Shown piece by piece: positions 28,284 through 36,397 of a stretch of DNA of 64,000 nt. Position 1 is the first letter of the stretch, and the number at the start of each line of letters is the position of its first letter. This DNA comes from a virus (lineage: Duplodnaviria; Caudoviricetes), in the IMG/VR virus record IMGVR_UViG_3300025707_000006, positions 32,001 to 96,000 of that record. One strand, 5' to 3'. The position numbers were made by a program, and so were the translations under genes. The notes under the pieces were generated by a model that searched no databases, was not told the DNA's origin, and saw nothing but the letters and a program-made list of their open reading frames with translations.

Positions 28284-28511
28284 ATGTTGATCTACACAGA
28301 TGTGGATCAGTGTGGCTTATTCGGAGCTAAATACTTTGGTCTTAACGAGATGCTTGTCTGCTCTGCTGATGCTCTCTTACGCTCCAAAGGTGGCGATGGA
28401 TACGACAAAGAACACCGAGACTTTCTTGAGCCACTAGGTTCACAAACCTTAGTCCTCCAGCGTACTGAACAATGTAGTCCAGGTTGGTGGGAACTTATCA
28501 AAACACTTTAA
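28284..28511 (+). CDS. Small hypothetical protein
   Basis: GGGAGG RBS. Confidence 0.55.
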   Translation: MLIYTDVDQCGLFGAKYFGLNEMLVCSADALLRSKGGDGYDKEHRDFLEPLGSQTLVLQRTEQCSPGWWELIKTL

Positions 28512-28520
28512 AAAAGGAGA

Positions 28521-28718
28521 ATGGATATGCCTTATAAACGAATGGAAAATGGAGAACGAGTATGGGTCGAAGTCGGTGGTCGTTATAACAACGAAGTCAC
28601 CTATCACAGCCGACCCCCAGCACCCGCCCCTATGCCTGTCTTTCGGGTTCGTGAGAACATCGACTACAACACAGGTAAGACAACACGAGAGATCGTAATC
28701 GTAGAAGATAAAGAATAG
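28521..28718 (+). CDS. Small hypothetical protein
   Basis: AAGGAG RBS. Confidence 0.55.
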   Translation: MDMPYKRMENGERVWVEVGGRYNNEVTYHSRPPAPAPMPVFRVRENIDYNTGKTTREIVIVEDKE

Positions 28719-28750
28719 CCTGTCAGCAACCACTCTGAAAGGATACCTCT

Positions 28751-29074
28751 ATGTTAAATTCAAGAACCCTTAAAGTTAATACGATGCAAGATCGTAGTTT
28801 TAACGAGCTACTGGGTGAGTTTACTCTACACTGCCGAGATCTACTCGAAGAATATAACTTCAACAGAGTAGATGTATCAACTCTCATACCACCATACCAA
28901 GTACATGACGGTGGTTATGTTGAGTTTACTGTCGCAGATCATTTCGATCAAGTTAAGTTTGAGCGTATCCAAGATGAGATTGCTCGAAAACTACACCTAA
29001 CAGCTCAAAAGATAAAACTAGGTGGGTGCTACTTTATAGGAAAGACTTACACACTACGAGTGTTTGCTCACTAA
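28751..29074 (+). CDS. Hypothetical protein
   Basis: AAAGGA RBS; early-type UTR. Confidence 0.55.
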   Translation: MLNSRTLKVNTMQDRSFNELLGEFTLHCRDLLEEYNFNRVDVSTLIPPYQVHDGGYVEFTVADHFDQVKFERIQDEIARKLHLTAQKIKLGGCYFIGKTYTLRVFAH

Positions 29075-29103
29075 CACTCCACATCTCTTGAAAGGAGAAC
29101 AAA

Positions 29104-29253
29104 ATGGACACAATCAAAGACTTAAAGGCACTAAGGTTGAGTGATAATGAGAACCATAATAGTGGCTTGTCTTTGCTTCGTGTGTTTAAACACACAAACC
29201 TAAAGTATATTTTAATCTTTGTGCATGGGCAAGGCAGAACAAATAAGAGTTAG
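29104..29253 (+). CDS. Small ORF (49 aa), not in the ORF track
   Basis: AAAGGAGAAC RBS; MDTIKDLKALRLSD... Confidence 0.35.
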   Translation: MDTIKDLKALRLSDNENHNSGLSLLRVFKHTNLKYILIFVHGQGRTNKS

Positions 29254-29318
29254 AAGTCTCATTCGTTTGCTTCATGTAGTATGGTATAGTATCTCCATCT
29301 AAACAAAGGAGATTAACT

Positions 29319-30407
29319 ATGTCTGAACTATACTTTAAATACGCCCTGTATGGACTTGCAAGCCTCTTTCTTGTATCGGTGGGGGGTAATGCTTGGACTG
29401 TCTATAAAATGCAACGAATGGACGCTACAATACAAGATCAGATTGCAGGTGTTCTTAGTGAGAACGCTACAAAGATAACCAATATGAATGAGACTTTAGG
29501 TACTGTGAAATCTCAGATGGTTGATCGTGCCACGCTTGAACAAAGAGCAAAAGAAATCATTAGTGGACTTGACCAAAAGACCCAAGACGCTATAGGGAAG
29601 TATACTTCTGAAACGGGAGCAAAAGTAGACTCAATCAGCAAACGCTTTGTTAGAATGGAAGCAAGACTCGATCAAGGGATCTCTCGCATAGGTAAAAAAG
29701 TAGATCGCCAAAGAAAAACCCCTCCACCACCTAAAAGCTGGAAAGGTGTGAGTGGACAAGATCAAACCCGATGTGCAGACCACCCAGAGAGATGTGAAAC
29801 ATTTGAGTTTAGCTGGCACTCACCTTTCTCTCTAAAAGGTAGACCCATATATACTTTCTCAAGTAGAAATATATGGGAAGGAAAAGGGAGTCTCGATCTC
29901 AACTTAGCATTTAAGGTGGTGGCGATCACTTATGGTGAGGACCAATCCAAACTCGGTTCGGGTGCAGTTCAAAATCAAGGTATGCACATTTATGGTGGGT
30001 ACTTTGATGAACAAGGAGAGTTTGTGGAGATAGAGGGTCTTGAGAGTAAACTCATGAAAGGAGATAAAAACTTAGATCCTAGACTGATTTATGTCCCAAA
30101 GGTTGATGCACCTATTGGGCGTTTAGGGTTAAGTTTGTTTGAACCAAGTTTACTTGTAGGCTCAACATATCAAGCTGGAGATTTTGGTCTGTCTATTGGA
30201 GGTAGCTTTTTGAATCTCCGTAAAGGGGAGTATCGGTTAGGTGGGAACTTTGCCCTTACAGAATCTAATCAGTATCTAGGACTGATGGGAACATGGCATC
30301 CATATATAGCGGGTAAGAACCTCAACATCGCTCCTGGTCTTGGTTGGGTATTAGGTGCAGATGGTTCTAACACATGGTCGTTGGGAGTCCACTTTCAAGT
30401 TTGGTGA
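29319..30407 (+). CDS. Membrane-anchored coiled-coil protein with C-terminal beta-barrel-like strands
   Basis: N-terminal TM YALYGLASLFLVSVGG; coiled coil; alternating-hydrophobic strands ending WSLGVHFQVW. Confidence 0.65.
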   Translation: MSELYFKYALYGLASLFLVSVGGNAWTVYKMQRMDATIQDQIAGVLSENATKITNMNETLGTVKSQMVDRATLEQRAKEIISGLDQKTQDAIGKYTSETGAKVDSISKRFVRMEARLDQGISRIGKKVDRQRKTPPPPKSWKGVSGQDQTRCADHPERCETFEFSWHSPFSLKGRPIYTFSSRNIWEGKGSLDLNLAFKVVAITYGEDQSKLGSGAVQNQGMHIYGGYFDEQGEFVEIEGLESKLMKGDKNLDPRLIYVPKVDAPIGRLGLSLFEPSLLVGSTYQAGDFGLSIGGSFLNLRKGEYRLGGNFALTESNQYLGLMGTWHPYIAGKNLNIAPGLGWVLGADGSNTWSLGVHFQVW

Positions 30408-30408
30408 G

Positions 30409-30783
30409 TTAAAGTCGGTAAAACTTTTTAAACCCTCTCCAATCTTTGGGGTGCATCTCACTAAACATACTTGGGATCTTAGAAATCAAGATCCATTCCC
30501 ATTCAGTATGCTCATGGTCTAAAACAGGTTCTATCTCTGTTTTACATACTCCGACATACATGGTGTAAATCCTGTCCTCAACATGATCGACTACCTTGTA
30601 TTGGTCGGGAGTTATACCAGTCTCTTCTTCAGTCTCCCTAAGAGCTGTCTGATAAGTCGTTTCATTTGGTTCGCCCTGTCCTCCTGGGAAGTCCCAATAA
30701 CTCGACCATTTATCATATTTATAATGTGTTCTTTTCATTATGAGGGTCTTATTACCGCATAATAGCATTATTCCAGCACCCAT
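30409..30783 (-). CDS. NUDIX hydrolase
   Basis: Nudix box GGQGEPNETTYQTALRETEEETG; EHTEWEW. Confidence 0.92.
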   Translation of the reverse strand: MGAGIMLLCGNKTLIMKRTHYKYDKWSSYWDFPGGQGEPNETTYQTALRETEEETGITPDQYKVVDHVEDRIYTMYVGVCKTEIEPVLDHEHTEWEWILISKIPSMFSEMHPKDWRGFKKFYRL

Positions 30784-30889
30784 AGTGGTTCTCCTTTTGT
30801 AATTTGTTTATTAGTACCTCTACTGTACTTATTAAAGGAGTATAAAATGAAGCCGAACCAACAAGTAGCTTTGAGATTAGGGGCAACCC

Positions 30890-31393
30890 ATGAGTGATGG
30901 AAACATATCAGGCACTACACCATTACCTGAACACTGTCACTTTGTTGGCAGTGATAAGATAATCTGCTCGGACAACGATGGCGTTGATCGAGAATGTGAA
31001 TTTTTCGAGGGTGAATTAGGATGCAAGGTGACAGCACAACTTGTGGATGTAAACCCAACAGGTGCGGAGATGAAAGATGTCTTTATAGGTCATGCTTATC
31101 TTGTAGTGGTTGTCGCTATTTTGAGTTTAGCCTTAACTCAAATCATTAAACCTTTCATTTGGAAAACCTGCACCGAAAAGTCGGATGCTGTGATTAGACT
31201 ATTTGCGATACTCACGGGTGCGGGTATTGCCTACCATTTATCAAACCCACTTAAGATGATTGATGTCTATATGGGAGCAAGTGCGGGAGCTATCAATGCT
31301 TTCGTGATAAAAATGTTTAAAGCTAAAGTCAAGAAATCACTAGGTGTTGAATCAACACCAGACCCACAAGATAAGGAAAAAGAAGATGAATAA
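30890..31393 (+). CDS. Holin-like membrane protein (paralogue 1)
   Basis: Three hydrophobic segments and a basic/charged C-terminus; highly similar to 31770..32153. Confidence 0.55.
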   Translation: MSDGNISGTTPLPEHCHFVGSDKIICSDNDGVDRECEFFEGELGCKVTAQLVDVNPTGAEMKDVFIGHAYLVVVVAILSLALTQIIKPFIWKTCTEKSDAVIRLFAILTGAGIAYHLSNPLKMIDVYMGASAGAINAFVIKMFKAKVKKSLGVESTPDPQDKEKEDE

Positions 31394-31742
31394 ATCAGTA
31401 CAACGAGTTGCTTCAAAATATATGGAAGCAAGATTATTTGGAATACTTAGTACTCCTGTTAGCAATCAGGAAATAAGAAGAGCAGTTAAAAGATTACAAT
31501 GGGCTTTCCCAAAAGGTGAATACAAAGTCATGTCCATTATGGGGCAAGACAGGAAGAAAGTGATTAGGACTACTACACCAGATGGTTTCTTGTCTGAGAT
31601 TACTGGTCTTGAAATGGACAAAAAAGGGAATCTATCTTATCGGGTCTTAACTGTGTCTAACCCTCATGGCAGAGACATTAAAGTTGATAGTTTAGACGAA
31701 GCGACAGATACTGTATATAGATTATTAAAGAATCACTTGTAA
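31386..31742 (+). CDS. Hypothetical protein with an RVASRY-type leader
   Basis: MNKSVQRVASKYMEAR-LFG. Confidence 0.65.
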   Translation: MNKSVQRVASKYMEARLFGILSTPVSNQEIRRAVKRLQWAFPKGEYKVMSIMGQDRKKVIRTTTPDGFLSEITGLEMDKKGNLSYRVLTVSNPHGRDIKVDSLDEATDTVYRLLKNHL

Positions 31743-31769
31743 GGATGCTTTGAAAACCATAGGAGGCTT

Positions 31770-32153
31770 ATGAGTAACGAGACTAAAAAAACTGAAACGA
31801 CCGAGACTCTGATGGGACCGCCTGCTCCTAAAATAGAAAAATATGATCATATTGGTCATGTGTATCTTATAGTCGTGGCGGCTATTGTTAGTTATGCAGT
31901 CACTGAAATTGTAAAACCTTTCATCTTCAAAACCTGTGCAGAAAAATCTGAGGCTGTTATTCGCCTCTTTGCTGTTATTACAGGAGCGATTGTAGGGTAC
32001 TCTTTAAGTAATGATATTCTTGACCTATGGCTTGGAGCTTCGGCAGGGGCATTAAATGCTTATGTCATCAAAATCATCAAGTCAAAAATTAAATCCACAG
32101 TGGGTGTCGAACTCACACCCACTCCCTCCGAAGAGGGGGGTAAAGAAAAGTAA
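31770..32153 (+). CDS. Holin-like membrane protein (paralogue 2)
   Basis: IGHVYLIVVAAIVS..KPFIFKTCAEKSEAVIRLFAVITGA..GASAGALNAYVIK. Confidence 0.55.
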   Translation: MSNETKKTETTETLMGPPAPKIEKYDHIGHVYLIVVAAIVSYAVTEIVKPFIFKTCAEKSEAVIRLFAVITGAIVGYSLSNDILDLWLGASAGALNAYVIKIIKSKIKSTVGVELTPTPSEEGGKEK

Positions 32154-32269
32154 TAGTTTATTTATCATTCACTCTTTTGAAAATGAAATGGAGAAATAAA
32201 ATGAGAAGATCCGCATCAGAAATCATCCGTAACCTTGAGTCTAGGATTGCTCGTCTTGAACGACAATCG
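32151..32269 (+). repeat. Promoter+RBS+leader module copy (plus strand, divergent UTR)
   Basis: TAATAGTTTATTTATC...AAATGGAGAAATAAAATGAGAAGATCCGCATCAGAAATCATCCGTAACCTTGAG. Confidence 0.85.
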
Positions 32270-32650
32270 GGTCGAGGATCAAATCGTCTTGAAAGACAAG
32301 CAAGACCAAATGAGAAAATAGAAAATGAAACATCAAAAACAATTCTCACTAAGAAGCAATGGGCAGGGATTGCAAAGACACACGCCCCAAAACCTTTTGA
32401 GAATCCTCTTGGAGATCAAGAGGTGTATTATGACTATCGCAGAGGAGGTATAATCGTTGATGATCGTGATGAGCATGGTGATGATGGAGAAATATTTCTA
32501 ATCAAAGAGATTAAGGGGGGCGGGGCTGAGGGTGCATTTCAAGTCTATCAAGAGGTTTATCCAGATGCTAGACTGGGCCAAAATGGCTGGAATTTTGATG
32601 ATATGAAGTATTTAGGGAAGACACTAGATCAACGAGCGAGGAGGGGATAA
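32201..32650 (+). CDS. Leader-bearing protein with a duplicated leader end
   Basis: MRRSASEIIRNLESRIARLERQS-GRGSN-RLERQA. Confidence 0.75.
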   Translation: MRRSASEIIRNLESRIARLERQSGRGSNRLERQARPNEKIENETSKTILTKKQWAGIAKTHAPKPFENPLGDQEVYYDYRRGGIIVDDRDEHGDDGEIFLIKEIKGGGAEGAFQVYQEVYPDARLGQNGWNFDDMKYLGKTLDQRARRG

Positions 32651-32729
32651 AAGATATTTTATCCAAAGGCTAAAGGACTTGAAGACTATCGAAATGAAAC
32701 TCAACAAAGCAGGTTTAAAGCACAAGTCT

Positions 32730-32782
32730 TAATAACTTATTTATATCTCACATTACATGAAACTAAATGTGAGGAATAAATA
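32730..32782 (+). promoter_or_regulatory. Class-B promoter-like motif overlapping an RBS-occluding hairpin
   Basis: TAATAACTTATTTATA; stem 32738-32754/32766-32782 (16 of 17 positions pair) covers GAGGA. Confidence 0.7.
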
Positions 32783-33150
32783 TGAGATACCTATACCACT
32801 ACAAAGCTGAAGTCCTCTCCGTCTATGATGGAGACACCGTTACCCTTATGATTGATCAAGGCATGAAACACTTTGCTAGGGTCAAGGTAAGAATGATTGG
32901 GATTGACACGCCCGAAATACGCACTAAAGACCTCGAAGAAAAGAAGCGAGGTTATGAAGCTAAGGACTACCTAAAGTCCCGAATCGAAGGTAAAACCATT
33001 ATCGTACAAACCCTTAAAAAGGGTAAGTTCGGTAGGTGGCTTGGCGTTATGTGGGATTACACCGAAGATGCAGATGATCTAGGTGAATCACTTAACGATG
33101 AAATGATCCGCATGGGTCATGCTAAAGCCTATGACGGTGGTAAGAGATGA
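32782..33150 (+). CDS. Thermonuclease (SNase-like)
   Basis: VYDGDTV, VRMIGIDTPE, GKFGRWLG, LNDEMIRMGHA. Confidence 0.9.
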   Translation: MRYLYHYKAEVLSVYDGDTVTLMIDQGMKHFARVKVRMIGIDTPEIRTKDLEEKKRGYEAKDYLKSRIEGKTIIVQTLKKGKFGRWLGVMWDYTEDADDLGESLNDEMIRMGHAKAYDGGKR

Positions 33151-34142
33151 GTATCACTATAGAGAAAGGTAGTAAAAGCTATCCTCCATCTAATATACAA
33201 GTTCTTCTATGTAAGGATAGTGTAGTCTTAGGTGAAGTTAATGGGTATAGTGTGAACATGGAATACTCAGAGGTCGATGGCTCTGAATGCTATGAAGAAA
33301 TATACGACCTTATTGAAAGATACCCTCAAGTCCTAGATGAAAACGGTAAACCTAGAATATCTGAAATTTACCAATCCGATATAGTTAAGTCTTTTAGAGG
33401 ACAAGGCTTCGGTGTTGATATGTATATAGAGTTCATGCTTCGGTGTTGGGCTGAAAATAGTAAGGGCAAACCATTTATCCTAATCCCTAACGGTTGCAAC
33501 TTAGATATGGAGGGGAACAACTCAGAGGACTCTATAAGAGTTTGGGAATCTCTAAGTCGTAAGTTTCCGAGTTCGGGAAAAAGCTACTCAACTTGCATTG
33601 CAGTGTTAAGGAAACCATCCTCAAGTAAAATGGCTCAAAGAGTTGCGAGTAGACATATCGCTCGTCTTGATATTAAGTTCGTAGAAACGGATGACTTCAC
33701 TAATACAAATTCAACTCATTCGATAGAGATTGTAAATAATAAAGTGAAATTATATAGGGATGTTGTAGGTTTTATAGAGGGTAAGTTTGGAACCCATACT
33801 TTAGAAGAACTATATGAATATGCCTGTTCTGAAGATATTTTAGCCCTTTATGAACTATGGGCGATAGATGCTGAATGGCACGATGAGATCCCTGTATTTG
33901 AAGTCTTAGAGAGCAGTGTCGATGAGGAGTATCGCTCAAAAAAGTTAGGTCTTCAAATGTATAAAGAACTCGCCAACTTAGCTAGGGAAGAGTCTAGGAC
34001 ACCAATGTTCTTTATCCCTAACTACTGCAATACGAGGTCTACAACCCCTTCAGCACTAAGGGTTTGGAAATCCTTAACAAAATCAAATGCTCCGACCAGC
34101 TCTGGTGATGTTGTTTTGATGGTAGATCGAAAGTTGAGATAA
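33147..34142 (+). CDS. Tandem GNAT-like acetyltransferase domains joined by an RVASRY-type motif
   Basis: SFRGQGFGVDMY...SIRVWESL; KMAQRVASRHIARL; EYRSKKLGLQMY...ALRVWKSL. Confidence 0.65.
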   Translation: MSITIEKGSKSYPPSNIQVLLCKDSVVLGEVNGYSVNMEYSEVDGSECYEEIYDLIERYPQVLDENGKPRISEIYQSDIVKSFRGQGFGVDMYIEFMLRCWAENSKGKPFILIPNGCNLDMEGNNSEDSIRVWESLSRKFPSSGKSYSTCIAVLRKPSSSKMAQRVASRHIARLDIKFVETDDFTNTNSTHSIEIVNNKVKLYRDVVGFIEGKFGTHTLEELYEYACSEDILALYELWAIDAEWHDEIPVFEVLESSVDEEYRSKKLGLQMYKELANLAREESRTPMFFIPNYCNTRSTTPSALRVWKSLTKSNAPTSSGDVVLMVDRKLR

Positions 34143-34144
34143 CG

Positions 34145-35200
34145 ATGAACAGATATGCAAGTGTAAATAGAGTCGCCCGTATCCATACAGCTCGTATGCA
34201 AAAGAGAGCGATGTTCTTTGATAATGTCAAAGAAGATGTAGCTTCAGCCTTCATGCAAAATGAAGCGTCAAAAGAACGAAAGAAGATTTCTAGCGAAGGT
34301 AAGTCTGGATTAAAGTTCTTGCAGAAGCAGTTTGGACTAAACTCAATGGATTCCTTCATCAAAGCGATTGGGCAATCTAAATATGATCCCAATGACCCAA
34401 TACAAAAAATGATTGCAGAAGCTGGGGCTAAAACTAACTCGCCAGGTGAAGCAGGTGATATGTTAGGTAGGTTCGCTAATGCTTATCAGAAGCAAGACAT
34501 TGAGGGGATGGCTAAAGAGGTAGGAGTTGAAAAAGAGACTATGGCTCTCGTCCTGCTCTGGTATGTGAGAGACAATAAAAATGTGAAACTCAAAAATGCT
34601 TCCATGAACAAAAATGCTTTTTGGAATCCATTTGCCGTTGCTCCTGTCCCCCCACTCCCCCCTTTCCACGCACAATCTGTTGTAGTGGAAAATGTACTAA
34701 ATATAGGTGGTGGTGTGGTTAGCCAAGTATCTCACTATACAGGTGAAGGGATTTCATGGCTTTGGTCTATAATCCCTTCAGGGTATGCTCCAACTTTACC
34801 CACAGGTAAAGTGTGGACTGCAATATACTTCATTCTGAAGAATGCATGGCTAGGGATTATGAAGGCAGGTGGCCTAGCTATAGGGGCGATTAAAGCGTCA
34901 ATAGTTAAAAGCACAGCGACATTCGGAATCATCGCAGTGCTGAAAGTCATAGGGATTGCACTTATTGTATATTACGCCATAATAGGTTTGTCTTGGATGA
35001 GTTATCAGATCACAAGACTACCTGCTAGGGTACTAATAGAGTTCCCTGTACAGGTCATATGGAAGATCCTTAAGATGGTTGGAAATGGTGCTATTAAACT
35101 CACCACATGGGCTTATGATAAGATCAAGTCAGTAATCTATGAAAATGAAGACCAAATAGAGCCAAGTGACCCTATGCTCCCCGCAGTCCAAGCGATTTGA
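34145..35200 (+). CDS. Leader-bearing protein with C-terminal hydrophobic helices
   Basis: MNRYASVNRVARIHTARMQKRA-MFF; internal KNASMNKNA-FW; several TM-like segments. Confidence 0.7.
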   Translation: MNRYASVNRVARIHTARMQKRAMFFDNVKEDVASAFMQNEASKERKKISSEGKSGLKFLQKQFGLNSMDSFIKAIGQSKYDPNDPIQKMIAEAGAKTNSPGEAGDMLGRFANAYQKQDIEGMAKEVGVEKETMALVLLWYVRDNKNVKLKNASMNKNAFWNPFAVAPVPPLPPFHAQSVVVENVLNIGGGVVSQVSHYTGEGISWLWSIIPSGYAPTLPTGKVWTAIYFILKNAWLGIMKAGGLAIGAIKASIVKSTATFGIIAVLKVIGIALIVYYAIIGLSWMSYQITRLPARVLIEFPVQVIWKILKMVGNGAIKLTTWAYDKIKSVIYENEDQIEPSDPMLPAVQAI

Positions 35201-35283
35201 AATGATTAATGAGGTAGACCTTTTAATCCAAAGGACAGTTCCAGCAGAGAGGTCATCCAAAGCGTCATTGATCGAAGCTACAG

Positions 35284-36219
35284 TCAATGACCAAAGTCTG
35301 CTTGGTTCTCGATAAATACTTCTCTAATTTGAGTGATTTGAGAGGTCAAGACTTTGTAAGACACCGAACGAGCCGAAGCCCACTTCTTCTTACTCTCATA
35401 CTCTGCATATCTAAGCTCAAGCCAAAGCGAGTAGTACATATCTACCTTCGCTTCACCGAAACGATCAAGTAAAAGAGATCTCATGTACGCATTAGTGGAC
35501 TTTTCTTCAAGAGAATGATTTTCGTCCTCATGCACAAAGTAGTCTGGCTCTCCGACTGACACACCAGTATCTGCGTCAGTCTTGGAAACCACTTGAGCGA
35601 TCTGCCAACCTTGCGACTCAAGATTCTGTATATGATGGACAGGAACATAATCTGTGTTCGACTCTTTAGAAGCGTATGCTTTGACTTTCGTAACCTCTGA
35701 TTGAGTCCTCGCACCACGACTCCGTTGTAGAGCATCTGCACCCTCTTTGTACTTTTCACGCACTACATACTGCAAGAACCACTCATAGACCACAGAGGGC
35801 TTGATTCTCTTGCCTTTATCAATCTCAGTTTTGAGCTGATTTTTCTTGATAAAGTGTTCAGATAGGAAGCTATGGAAGTAGCTTACGATCTGATCTTCGG
35901 GTAGAGTGAAACGCTTGTTGTAAGGGGTTCTTCTCTGAACCATCCCCAACACTCGTTCGTAGTTCTCACACTTAGCATTATAAAGCCAATTTTCAGTCTC
36001 ATTTCGCACCCTAACAGGTTTTTTTGGCTGTGAGTCTGATAAGATCATGTCAAAGTGATCATCTGCTGAAGTGTCGTAGATCATATCGAAGTGATCATCT
36101 GCTGATGTATCGTAGATCATATCGAAGTGATCATCTGCTGATGTATCGTAGATCATATCGAAGTGGGCATCTGCACCACTCCTTATAGGGTAAGCTAAAC
36201 CCTTAGTTATTCTATTCAT
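35284..36219 (-). CDS. Putative divergent sigma-like/HTH protein with N-terminal 12-aa repeats
   Basis: (SADDHFDMIYDT)x~3.7; C-terminal SKKKWASARSVSYKVLTSQITQIR resembles an HTH. Confidence 0.45.
   Translation of the reverse strand: MNRITKGLAYPIRSGADAHFDMIYDTSADDHFDMIYDTSADDHFDMIYDTSADDHFDMILSDSQPKKPVRVRNETENWLYNAKCENYERVLGMVQRRTPYNKRFTLPEDQIVSYFHSFLSEHFIKKNQLKTEIDKGKRIKPSVVYEWFLQYVVREKYKEGADALQRSRGARTQSEVTKVKAYASKESNTDYVPVHHIQNLESQGWQIAQVVSKTDADTGVSVGEPDYFVHEDENHSLEEKSTNAYMRSLLLDRFGEAKVDMYYSLWLELRYAEYESKKKWASARSVSYKVLTSQITQIREVFIENQADFGH
36042..36174. repeat. 36-bp tandem repeat (~3.7 copies), in frame
   Basis: AGATCATATCGAAGTGATCATCTGCTGATGTATCGT units starting at 36042, 36078, 36114 and 36150. 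Confidence 0.95.
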
Positions 36220-36397
36220 TTGTGTCTCCGACAGGTCGGGTTAAAGTTTGACTTATTGGACATCTATCCAAGTCAGCAGATACCTTACCACACACCAACC
36301 GACCTAGCAACGATTTTGCCCCCAAATATGAATTTGTAGATCGTTTATATATGGTATATCTTGTAAACCTTAGCCCACATCTGAAAGTGTGAGAGAT

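Noticed and set aside
12954-32200. ORF-track N-terminal extensions MISLTL(I/T)KWRT.., MKMKWRNK and MEIL
   Set aside because: They are translations of the conserved UTR and RBS (AAATGGAGAA); the true starts are the downstream ATGs.
2753-32269. Leader MRRSA.. as a Tat (twin-arginine) or Sec signal
   Set aside because: No hydrophobic h-region, no S/T-RR-x-FLK match; the helix is charged and also occurs internally.
36042-36174. 36-bp repeats as a CRISPR array
   Set aside because: Units are directly tandem with no unique spacers, are in frame within a CDS, and no cas genes are nearby.
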